From the NCBI GenBank assembly GCA_000406005.1, contig ASZN01000008.1, forward strand, positions 19,327-83,326: DNA of 64,000 nt, read 5' to 3'. Both the position numbers and the translations under genes were made by a program. Shown piece after piece: positions 50,967 to 59,599 of this stretch. This DNA comes from Candidatus Poribacteria bacterium WGA-3G (GTDB lineage: Bacteria > Poribacteria > WGA-4E > WGA-3G). The notes beneath the pieces were generated by a model, which was given only the letters and a program-made list of their open reading frames with translations, made no database searches and had not been told where the DNA came from. Within the stretch, counting starts at the first letter, position 1. Each line of letters opens with the position of its first letter.

Positions 50967-52253
50967 ATGCTTTGGAAATTTGTTTATAACGCCTGCGCTG
51001 TGCCAGCGATGTTCATCGGTTTTCACTGCGCCGGGTGCTGCAACCCTAAAATCCGAGAAGGCATCGACGGAAGAAAACGGGTATTTAGGGAACTGGTTGA
51101 CCAGCTCCAGCGGGCGCGAGATTTAGAAAAAACGGCGTGGTTCCATTTCACCTCTGTCGGTGAGTTCGAGCAGGCGAAACCGCTTATTGAAGCGATTTAT
51201 GCAGAGACCCGGATTGTTTTAACCTTTTTCTCGCCGTCTGTTGCACCGAATGCGAAATCCTACCCTTATGCCGACGCTGCCGTTTACCTGCCTTTAGACA
51301 CACCGCGTAACGCTGAGCGTTTAATACATCTCATTGAACCGGCGTTGATCGTTTTTTCTAAATTCGATATTTGGCCCAATCTCGTCTGGAAAGCCTCCAA
51401 GCATGAGATTCCGATTATCGTGGTCGCTGGTACGCTGCACGCCGAATCGAAACGGTTGTCCGGCTTTGCGAAACCGTTTTTTCGGAGTGTACACCGATAT
51501 ATCCGTGTACATTGTGCGATCTCGGAAACAGATGCGGGGCGTTTTCAACAGCTCTGCTCATCGGGACACGAGATTGTTGTCACGGGGGATACACGCTATG
51601 AACAGGTTTATCGACGGGCAATCTCTGTTGAACCTGATGCGGAATTTTTTCCGGGACAGGGCAGCCTCAAACGTCCTATTCTCATCGCTGGTAGCACCTA
51701 CACTGAGGATGAGAGGGTGCTGTTGCCTGCGTATCAGTTGCTGCGGGAAGACGGGCGAGATGATCATCCGCATCTAATTCTGGTTCCGCATGAACCGACA
51801 CCTGAACGGATAAAGGAGATTCGTGGACATCTAACACGCGAGCGATTGGCGCATCTCTGTTTTTCTGAGCTCACATCTGATGTGGATTTGTCGGCGGTGG
51901 ATGTGCTTATCGTTGATGCCGTGGGACTTCTTGCGAAGTTGTATCGGTTGGCGGATATAGCGTTTGTGGGTGGAAGTTTTCGGGGAAGCGTTCACAATGT
52001 AATGGAGCCTGCTGCGATGGCGAAACCTGTTATTTTCGGTCCGACGATCCAGAATGCCCACGAGGCATCTCTACTTGTAGATCGCGGTGGTGCGAAATTG
52101 GTTCGGACTGCGCAAGAATTGGCAGATGCTATCACGGTGTGGTTAGACGATGCGGATGCGCGGACGATAGCGGGCGATGTTGGCAGGCAGTTGATTGAGG
52201 AAAATTTGGGTGCGGTGGCGCGGACTTTGGGACATTTGCGGAGGTATGTGTGA
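50967..52253 (+). CDS. waaA: 3-deoxy-D-manno-octulosonic acid (Kdo) transferase
   Basis: Start trimmed to ATG 50967. WFHFTSVGEFEQAKPLIEA (the family's wiHaaSvGE block), a C-terminal GT-B half with GGSF...HN.(M/L)EPAA, and a length of ~428 aa. Confidence 0.8.
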   Translation: MLWKFVYNACAVPAMFIGFHCAGCCNPKIREGIDGRKRVFRELVDQLQRARDLEKTAWFHFTSVGEFEQAKPLIEAIYAETRIVLTFFSPSVAPNAKSYPYADAAVYLPLDTPRNAERLIHLIEPALIVFSKFDIWPNLVWKASKHEIPIIVVAGTLHAESKRLSGFAKPFFRSVHRYIRVHCAISETDAGRFQQLCSSGHEIVVTGDTRYEQVYRRAISVEPDAEFFPGQGSLKRPILIAGSTYTEDERVLLPAYQLLREDGRDDHPHLILVPHEPTPERIKEIRGHLTRERLAHLCFSELTSDVDLSAVDVLIVDAVGLLAKLYRLADIAFVGGSFRGSVHNVMEPAAMAKPVIFGPTIQNAHEASLLVDRGGAKLVRTAQELADAITVWLDDADARTIAGDVGRQLIEENLGAVARTLGHLRRYV

Positions 52254-52480
52254 TCTGAACTGTGATTTATTTGATTTGTGTGATTTCCGTGATTAGGTTG
52301 TTTTCAGTTTTCGGTTGTTGGTTAGGGCGCGGTTTTCAACCCTGCTTGCAAAGAGGGTTGCGTAAGTCCTGAGTAAGTTGTGTAGGTTCTGTTCATTTTT
52401 CACGTTGAAAGTGCTCGGACTTTTCCTGTCGTCCCACATTTCGGTCGAATTCTCAAGGGCAGTGGATGCTCATAGGTATA

Positions 52481-53434
52481 TCAATTGCTATTTTCTGTTA
52501 GCGTCCGTGCGAAGTCGTCGAGCGTCTCTGCAAGGATCGCGGCGCGATGCAATTGTGCGAGTCTATCTAAGTCCTCAATTGTCTCAAGTGTGGGTTTGAA
52601 GACAGTCGCTGCATACGGCTTTAATCGGAGCTCAAGCACTTCAAGGATGTCTTTCAGGGCACGTTCTCTGGCACCTTGTTCGATGCCTTGTTCGATGCCT
52701 TGTTCAAGACCTTGTTCGATGCCTTGTTCGATGCCTTGTTCAAGACCTTGTTGTAGTGCTTCTGCCGCGAAGTGTTCAGCAATAGAAGGGCGTTCCATGG
52801 TTTCCTCCGAGATAATATTCAAAATCGTTTCTGGTTCATAGACTAAGCTGCCTAAAACCGCTAACGTCCCAAGATAAGCGGTTTTGTTCTCTACATTCAC
52901 GCTATCTGCCGTTTGTACGCAACGCCGCAACCATGCTTCTGCACTTATGTCCTTAGGACGTTTCATCAAGGGTGTAAAGGGCAGAAGCCCCATAGGCTTT
53001 GCTTCTAAGATGCTTTGTCCGTCTATCTCAATCAGACGAAAAACTTTGTATTGAGTCAAAACCTCATGTCCGGCTATATTTTGTACAAACTGTCCGGGGT
53101 CCCTGCGGCCTGCATCCGGACGAAGATAGATAACGTTGGAATAAACCTCTAATCCATAAGTTTCGATAAGACGAACAATATAACCCGCCATCCGGAGTGA
53201 CATATCGATTTCGGAGCTGTCGGTGGTTTGAAATTCAAAGTGTACGATGACTTGTTTTCCATTGATTTCTGTCTTAATGACGATATCTGCTTGGCGCATA
53301 TCGACCGTGGGTTGTTCCGGTTGGATGAGTTCGATGTCGGTAATATCGATTGTCTCAAAACCGAAGCAGAGGTCGACGAAATCTTTAGGAGATATTTCAG
53401 CGGTTTTCTTAGAGGCCGTATCAAAATTTGCCAC
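52481..53434 (-). CDS. Rpn-family / DUF4351-type PD-(D/E)XK nuclease-like protein with a (EQG[IL])6 tandem repeat
   Basis: ADIVIKTEINGKQVIVHFEFQT (D...E-x-Q nuclease core), YSNVIYLRP and a DUF4351-like C-terminus. Twelve-nt repeats CCTTGTTCGATG/CCTTGTTCAAGA at ~52676-52750. Confidence 0.65.
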   Translation of the reverse strand: MANFDTASKKTAEISPKDFVDLCFGFETIDITDIELIQPEQPTVDMRQADIVIKTEINGKQVIVHFEFQTTDSSEIDMSLRMAGYIVRLIETYGLEVYSNVIYLRPDAGRRDPGQFVQNIAGHEVLTQYKVFRLIEIDGQSILEAKPMGLLPFTPLMKRPKDISAEAWLRRCVQTADSVNVENKTAYLGTLAVLGSLVYEPETILNIISEETMERPSIAEHFAAEALQQGLEQGIEQGIEQGLEQGIEQGIEQGARERALKDILEVLELRLKPYAATVFKPTLETIEDLDRLAQLHRAAILAETLDDFARTLTENSN

Positions 53435-53895
53435 TTAAAGCCTTTCGTTGGTTCAGCACATTTCTTGTAAAATAAATTATAACATATATAAGCAATTTAT
53501 GTCCACTTTTATTCCCCGAGCCCATGGCTATTTAGTTGTACAAGTTCGCTTTATATGTGTGTATGTTTTCCTCTGTAGGAGCGAGCTGGGCTCGCGATAT
53601 TTGAGAAAAACGTCAACATCTATAAACGAAAATCAAAAGCGAAAGCTAAATCGTCCTGCCCCGAGCCCAGGGACATTTAGGTTTAGATAAATTAACTGGA
53701 CCCTAATGCACAGGAAAATAACCGCATCTGCTAATAACGGCAGTCCCAACAGGTAAACCGTATGTGTATAGAAACGCGTACCAACCTATTCTAAGCCCGG
53801 CGGGACGGTATATGTATACGAGCCACTAAATGGATGTCAAATATGTTTCTATGGAATCCAAGTACTTCCTCAAAAACTATTAAAATTATCCAAAG

Positions 53896-56800
53896 TTAGT
53901 AGCTCGTACAAAGCTGACTTTTATTGACATCCTGCCAAGTTATCGGATATTGCTTCAGGTTTTCGATCAACCACTGACGTTCGTACATTTCCACGTGCTG
54001 CGAATGGCTGTACCGACGCGCAGGTTTGTTAAACTCACGGTTTGTGATAACAGCCAATTGGAAGGTCGCTCCATATTTTTCTTCATAAAACGGTTTTGCT
54101 GCTAAAATCTCGTCTACAGCATGATGTCCTGATTTTCCACCTGCTTGTCGATGTTTAGCCTGTATCAGAAGTCCACCAGTATCATTCCCACGCTGACGAG
54201 CAACGACATCCGCACCTTTGTCTCCCGAATACGGGGTTAACACGACATAACATCCTTGTTTATTAAAAAGTGCAGCAACGAAAGCTTCAAAGAACCTCGG
54301 TTCAAGTTTATCAACATCCTCTATTGTTAGCGGCGAACTTTTCTCATCAGTGACATCTATTGGCTGCAAACTCTCAAGAAATTCTTTAGGCGTTACTTCG
54401 GCTTGCTCGGTTGGGAACAACGTGCCTTGTGAAAGTTGGCGTTTTCGCTCAAGGAGCTCGTGTAAAATAACATCAAAAGTTTGAAATTCAGGGTGCGTTG
54501 CCATTGGCAAATAGATATGTACGGGTCGCTCTTGTCCAATGCGGTAAACTCTATCACTTGCCTGATCTTCTTTGGCCGGATTCCACCACCGACTGTAGTG
54601 GATAACGTGGTTTGCTTCAGTGATATTGAGACCTACACCAGCCGAGAGTGGTGACATGATAATGGCGTTGAAACCGGAAGCGTTTTGAAAACGGTCTACG
54701 CTTTGTTGACGACTCATTTTCATTGAATTTGCTCGTTGTGTGCTTCCCGGGGTATCGCCATTTACGATAAAGATATCCTTCAAACCAAAATACTCGCGAA
54801 CGACATCTGCTAATAGGTGTTGTGTCTTTCGGCGTTCAGCAAACAGAATTACTTTCTCGTTGGCGGTGCGTATTTTTTCGAGCAATTGGACTGTCACCAT
54901 TAGTTTTGCCGATTGTTTGATTAATTCGGGGACAGGGATTTGTTCCCATTGAGAATCCGCTAATAGTGGATGATCTGATATATCCCGTAACTGGTGCAAA
55001 ACTTGCAAAATTTGATTACGTTGCTGTGGTCCGTCTGATTCACTATCTTTCGTAGATTGGAAGGCAGCTTGATATCGTTCCGCTTGTATTGGCGGCATGT
55101 CTTGTTGGCAATCTGCATCGTGAATGCGTTTTTTCGGCAGATCGTCAAGAATATCGGTCTTTAGTCGTCTTTTCAGGTAAACGCCGATGCGCTTACGAAT
55201 CTGATCACCGAGGGCGCGAATATCGGTTTCTGGGTTTTTAAGCGGACGACAAAATTCACTGTTGAAATCTTTCGCGCTGTCAAGATGACCCGGTGCTACA
55301 AAATCTGTGATGCACCATAAGTCCATCAAGGAGTTTTCAACTGGCGTTCCTGTCATAGCGAGGCGAAAATCGGTCTTGAGTGCTTTCAATGCATTTGTGA
55401 CAAGTGCTCCGGGGGTTTTGATGCGTTGCGCTTCATCAATAATCACCGTTGCCCACGGAATTAAGCCTAAATCCAATTGGAAGTCTCGAACGGTTTCATA
55501 GGTCGTTAGCACAACATCGGCGTTTCGGAGACGTTTAACATTGAGGGCACCACGGCGTTTGCGTAATTCCAGAAGTCGTTCTGCTCCCTCAATTTCTGGT
55601 ATTTGAAAATTGGCTGCTTCAGATGGATCACACTTGAAGTTTTGTAATGCTTTCCCGTACAATGTAATGAATTCCAGTGAACCTTTGCTAAAAAATTTGG
55701 GATATTCTGCCGCCCAATTCTCTAAAAGTGCAATTGGTGCAACGATGAGGTACGGTCTCTGTTGTGATTCTTGTAGGCGATGTTTTTTGTGATGCCATTC
55801 GAGAAAACAGAGCACTTGTAAGGTTTTACCAAGCCCCATGTCATCGGCAAGTAAACCTCCGAGATAGTTGTTTTCCCAAAGTTGCTGTGCCCACGCAAGG
55901 CCTTCCTCTTGATGTGATAAGAGTTTAACCCCTTGTTTCAGATTTGGTGTAGGTTCCAGAAGGTGTCGAAACGGTTCTTCAACTTTTGAAGTGGACGTTT
56001 TTTCAATATAATCAGTGTCTTCAATGTTTTCATCAATGATTAAGACTGTAGTTTCAGGTTTCTCCCCGGGAACGCGCGAGGGCTTTTTGCGATGTTTGAG
56101 TTGTTTTTCGATAAATGGAAGATGTTTTTCAACATCTGGAACGGAAAATTCTTGTCCTTTCCACTTAATCTGATTTTGCCCTGTCCGCTTCGCTTCATGA
56201 ATTGTTTGTTTTAAGTCTACGAGTTCTTCCTCGGTTTTAATTTTAAACTTTTTCTGTGTTCCTGACTGGTCTTCAACTAAAATACCCGGGATCCACTCAC
56301 TTTTGTAGGGCGAAACGAACGGATAAACTCTTGGTTTGTAGATGCCGATTTCACGGACGCGTTCACTGAAAGATAGCGTCTCATCTGTCGGATCCAGTTC
56401 AATAACTTCGGGATCAAAGTACAACTGTGGTTGTTCCGCAATTTCCGCGAGTTCTTCACGAGGGACACGTCGATACTGCTTAAGGGTTTGCAAAGCCTCT
56501 TTCTGTTTTTCTTCAAAAAGAACACGGGTTCGTCCACCATCGGTTTGGGAAAGATTGTACGTCGTCTGAGAGGTTGGAAATTTATCAAATATTGCCTCAA
56601 ATTGTTCACTGTTAATATCAGCGACATTTGGAATTATTTCAACGCTATTGCCGGATTCACGTAGACGCAAACGAACTGTTTTGGGGGCAACGACTTCTTC
56701 TTGGTTTAGATATTGATCCAATGCACTTCCTGTCTCTTTGGCGAGCCCCTTAATTTTCGCGAACTCGATCAAATTTGCCTCAAAACTTTTATCTGTCGTA

Positions 56801-57291
56801 TCTCGCGTGTTGAACGCGTCTAATTTTTCTAAGAGTGTGAACTGTTCGTGCGTTAGGAGGTACGCCCATTCCTCAGTCAAGCGCAGAATACAACCGGTTC
56901 GTGTTGGATACAAAGGTTTCCAATCGGGTTTCAAGAATCGGTAATTGTAGCGGAATTCTGGCTGGTTGAAAGTGCCATCTGATCGGATTTCGATTTCAAA
57001 TGGATAGGGTTCAGGTAAACCGAGGAGTTCCTGCTCAACAGACTCAAGGCGACATACCTCCTCAAATGGAATATGAATACTTGTGTCTGATGCTTCTGCT
57101 TGGCCGTTATCAAGCAATTCCTTTAGCAGCAGCCATTGTGCCTGTGTTTGATAGGCATCTGGTGGCAGGTTAGCAGTGTATTCAGTCAGAGTGACGTTAT
57201 CCGATGGGATGGTAAACCGAATACCACTTGGTGTCTCATCCCAGTTGAATTGGGATGTTTTAGTTTCGGACTTTCGGAATAAGTTTAACAT
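53896..57291 (-). CDS. zorD: ZorD-like: SNF2-family helicase with C-terminal Mrr-type restriction endonuclease domain
   Basis: LLADDMGLGKTLQ (motif I), IIDEAQRIK (motif II), helicase C-terminal QASDRVYRIGQ (motif VI). C-terminal FEAFVAALFNKQGCYVVLTPYSGDKGADVVA...LLIQAKH (Mrr_cat D...(D/E)xK core). It is the last gene of the four-gene module. Confidence 0.8.
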   Translation of the reverse strand: MLNLFRKSETKTSQFNWDETPSGIRFTIPSDNVTLTEYTANLPPDAYQTQAQWLLLKELLDNGQAEASDTSIHIPFEEVCRLESVEQELLGLPEPYPFEIEIRSDGTFNQPEFRYNYRFLKPDWKPLYPTRTGCILRLTEEWAYLLTHEQFTLLEKLDAFNTRDTTDKSFEANLIEFAKIKGLAKETGSALDQYLNQEEVVAPKTVRLRLRESGNSVEIIPNVADINSEQFEAIFDKFPTSQTTYNLSQTDGGRTRVLFEEKQKEALQTLKQYRRVPREELAEIAEQPQLYFDPEVIELDPTDETLSFSERVREIGIYKPRVYPFVSPYKSEWIPGILVEDQSGTQKKFKIKTEEELVDLKQTIHEAKRTGQNQIKWKGQEFSVPDVEKHLPFIEKQLKHRKKPSRVPGEKPETTVLIIDENIEDTDYIEKTSTSKVEEPFRHLLEPTPNLKQGVKLLSHQEEGLAWAQQLWENNYLGGLLADDMGLGKTLQVLCFLEWHHKKHRLQESQQRPYLIVAPIALLENWAAEYPKFFSKGSLEFITLYGKALQNFKCDPSEAANFQIPEIEGAERLLELRKRRGALNVKRLRNADVVLTTYETVRDFQLDLGLIPWATVIIDEAQRIKTPGALVTNALKALKTDFRLAMTGTPVENSLMDLWCITDFVAPGHLDSAKDFNSEFCRPLKNPETDIRALGDQIRKRIGVYLKRRLKTDILDDLPKKRIHDADCQQDMPPIQAERYQAAFQSTKDSESDGPQQRNQILQVLHQLRDISDHPLLADSQWEQIPVPELIKQSAKLMVTVQLLEKIRTANEKVILFAERRKTQHLLADVVREYFGLKDIFIVNGDTPGSTQRANSMKMSRQQSVDRFQNASGFNAIIMSPLSAGVGLNITEANHVIHYSRWWNPAKEDQASDRVYRIGQERPVHIYLPMATHPEFQTFDVILHELLERKRQLSQGTLFPTEQAEVTPKEFLESLQPIDVTDEKSSPLTIEDVDKLEPRFFEAFVAALFNKQGCYVVLTPYSGDKGADVVARQRGNDTGGLLIQAKHRQAGGKSGHHAVDEILAAKPFYEEKYGATFQLAVITNREFNKPARRYSHSQHVEMYERQWLIENLKQYPITWQDVNKSQLCTSY

Positions 57292-57306
57292 CCGTGTTCC
57301 TTTCGT

Positions 57307-58845
57307 TTAGGACTCAAAGTAGTGCTCAAAGGCGGTCAGGCAGTTAGAGCATCTAATTCTTCTTATAATACCCTTCCTTGTAGTGATCGTTAGCCTTTGC
57401 CTGCAACTCTTGTTAGGACATCTTATGATAACAGAATCAGATTTTATAGGGACAGAATTAGATTTTCGTTCCAGTCGATAACTTCGCACAGGCTCAATAC
57501 CAATCTCACGCTCTAACCACGAGGCGAATCCATCTTGCCAAGAATACTTCTCTGAGCCATTGTGAATTACCCGATGTTCAGCCCATGACAGGGAACGTAA
57601 CTCGTCCATCCGGTATTCTGAGTCTCCCACTTCAAATGGAAGATCAGAGTTTTGGTAAACATAACATGCCCCTGCTGTGCTAAACTCAACAAATGTGTAC
57701 TCACCCATTTGAATAATAAAAGCGTGTTGATCGCTTGTACCGCCTTTTAAAGTTGCGGGTTGACGATCTCGGTAGTATTGCAGAGCTTGTGGATCGTGAC
57801 GAAAAAGGTATTCGGCGTTTTTTCGCAACACTGGTCGACAAAAGGTGATTTCTTCAAAATACGCCAGCCAGAAGGCTTTGCGATAGGCAAACTTCTGATC
57901 ATTACAAGCCTTTGCGACAACGTCGAAAAAGAAACGGATGTCTTCTTCTGTAACCCATTTCGTGAAGATTTGACGGGCTTTATCAGATACATCGCGCCAA
58001 CGGACATCTGCGCCAGCGATACGCGGGTCTTGCCATTTTTGAAGAACGTAAGATTGAACAAGTTGGCGCAGATCCGCAGTTGCTTCAGACCCAAGTTTTT
58101 CAATGAGTTTAGATAGAACGATCCGGCTTGTTTTGTCATTGTTGTGCTTTTTCACAAACGCGATGACATCTTTAACGTATTCAATATCTATCTGATTATT
58201 GAATGTTGTGTATGATGTAGCGACCGCGCCAAAGTATGTATAACTATGCATATAGTCTGGCAATTCGAGAAATGTCCAGACATTTGACAACTTGTTGGGT
58301 GAGCGTATCAAGTACATTGCAAGATTTGTCGAACTGTTTTCCTCACAGTACCACGCTATGTTCGCTTTTAATTTCTGCACGAATTTTCGAGAACCGGTGT
58401 AGTCAGTCAGGTGTTTTTTGAGAAATGCTCGGAGTAAGGCTGCATTTGGGGTATCCCAGGCTTGTAGCAATGCGTTAAAAATACCGAGAAGCATACTGGT
58501 ACGGAATTGGTTTTCGATTAATTGGAGTGCGTTTTGAAGGCTCGGAGTATCTACAATTCGGGGCAATTCATTTTCGGAGTAGGTCAAAGTCCAAGCGAGT
58601 TGCCGGATACGTCTGAGAGAGTCAAATTCTGAGGAAAGTTTACCGGTGGGTGTTGTTATAAATTGGCGGTAAACTTGCCGCAAATTTTCTCTATTTGGCA
58701 AATCAGAATTAGGACCATCATGTGTTTTGATAATTTTTTCCAAAGTTTCAAGTTGTTCTTTGGGGATTATGTCAGGACGTGGAGCGCGTGCAGCAAAACT
58801 GGTTGCGTCGAAATTGAACTGCAGCAGTATTTTAGCGGAATTCAT
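57307..58845 (-). CDS. zorC: ZorC-like protein (expected EH-signature domain) with C-terminal Cys4 zinc-ribbon
   Basis: Assignment rests mainly on position and size between the MotB-like and SNF2-Mrr genes. Start trimmed to ATG 58845 (GGAGGAG RBS), overlapping the MotB-like gene by 14 nt. C-terminal CPNKSC-x17-CSNC. Confidence 0.6.
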   Translation of the reverse strand: MNSAKILLQFNFDATSFAARAPRPDIIPKEQLETLEKIIKTHDGPNSDLPNRENLRQVYRQFITTPTGKLSSEFDSLRRIRQLAWTLTYSENELPRIVDTPSLQNALQLIENQFRTSMLLGIFNALLQAWDTPNAALLRAFLKKHLTDYTGSRKFVQKLKANIAWYCEENSSTNLAMYLIRSPNKLSNVWTFLELPDYMHSYTYFGAVATSYTTFNNQIDIEYVKDVIAFVKKHNNDKTSRIVLSKLIEKLGSEATADLRQLVQSYVLQKWQDPRIAGADVRWRDVSDKARQIFTKWVTEEDIRFFFDVVAKACNDQKFAYRKAFWLAYFEEITFCRPVLRKNAEYLFRHDPQALQYYRDRQPATLKGGTSDQHAFIIQMGEYTFVEFSTAGACYVYQNSDLPFEVGDSEYRMDELRSLSWAEHRVIHNGSEKYSWQDGFASWLEREIGIEPVRSYRLERKSNSVPIKSDSVIIRCPNKSCRQRLTITTRKGIIRRIRCSNCLTAFEHYFES

Positions 58846-59596
58846 TGTCTCCTCCAATCATATCCTCAAGTTCCTTGATTTTCTCAAGTTGCTTTTCTGC
58901 GTTTGTCCGTACGCGGAACTCTACACGTCTTGATTCTTCACTGTTTTCAGTACTATTTGAATGCATTATCAACTTACTTGAAGACAAACCGTTAGCAGTC
59001 AATTGCTGCTGTAGCCAATTTTTACTTTCGCGAATTTCAGGTATCTGAAGTACATATTGTAGGACACTTCTCGTTCTGTCTTGCGATAATTCCATATTGA
59101 AAATATAGGCCTCTTCAGGGGTGACATCTTCTGACCACTCACTTGAGGTATGCCCTTCAATCCGAATTTCTGCGATAGCCTTAACATATTCCGGTCGTTT
59201 TAAAATCCGAACATAGCGTGGAAAAAAGTCATCCAACATCTTTTTAAAGTCGGATTTAACATCTGCTTTGCCTTGATCAAATAAAACTTCAGGTTCTCTG
59301 AAACGAACTGACAGGGTTTCATGATCCAAGAGGGCATTCCATTGCCGAAGATCTTTCTCAAATTCTGTTTCAAGAGCGAGGTACAAGTTTTGCCGTAACG
59401 CGGCATAATCTGTAAAAATTTTCAGTAGGACCTGCTGAATTTCGTCATCACGCTTCTCTTTTTCCATCAAGTCCAACATAAGGAAAGAGAGGACGAGTAT
59501 GAAGATAAGCAGAAGACCTGCCATCAAGTCGCCTAATGAGAGACTAAAAGGATTTTCATCTACAAGAGTTTTGGAGGTAGACGGTGTTCTTGACAT
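58832..59596 (-). CDS. zorB: ZorB-like: MotB-type stator plug/TM plus OmpA-like peptidoglycan-binding domain
   Basis: FSLSLGDLMAGLLLIFILVLSFLML (TM with a conserved Asp, as in MotB/ExbD). C-terminal IEGHTSS...NMELSQDRTRSV...RRVEFRV OmpA-like block. Starts 3 nt after the ZorA-like stop. Confidence 0.8.
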   Translation of the reverse strand: MSRTPSTSKTLVDENPFSLSLGDLMAGLLLIFILVLSFLMLDLMEKEKRDDEIQQVLLKIFTDYAALRQNLYLALETEFEKDLRQWNALLDHETLSVRFREPEVLFDQGKADVKSDFKKMLDDFFPRYVRILKRPEYVKAIAEIRIEGHTSSEWSEDVTPEEAYIFNMELSQDRTRSVLQYVLQIPEIRESKNWLQQQLTANGLSSSKLIMHSNSTENSEESRRVEFRVRTNAEKQLEKIKELEDMIGGDNEFR

Positions 59597-59599
59597 TAC

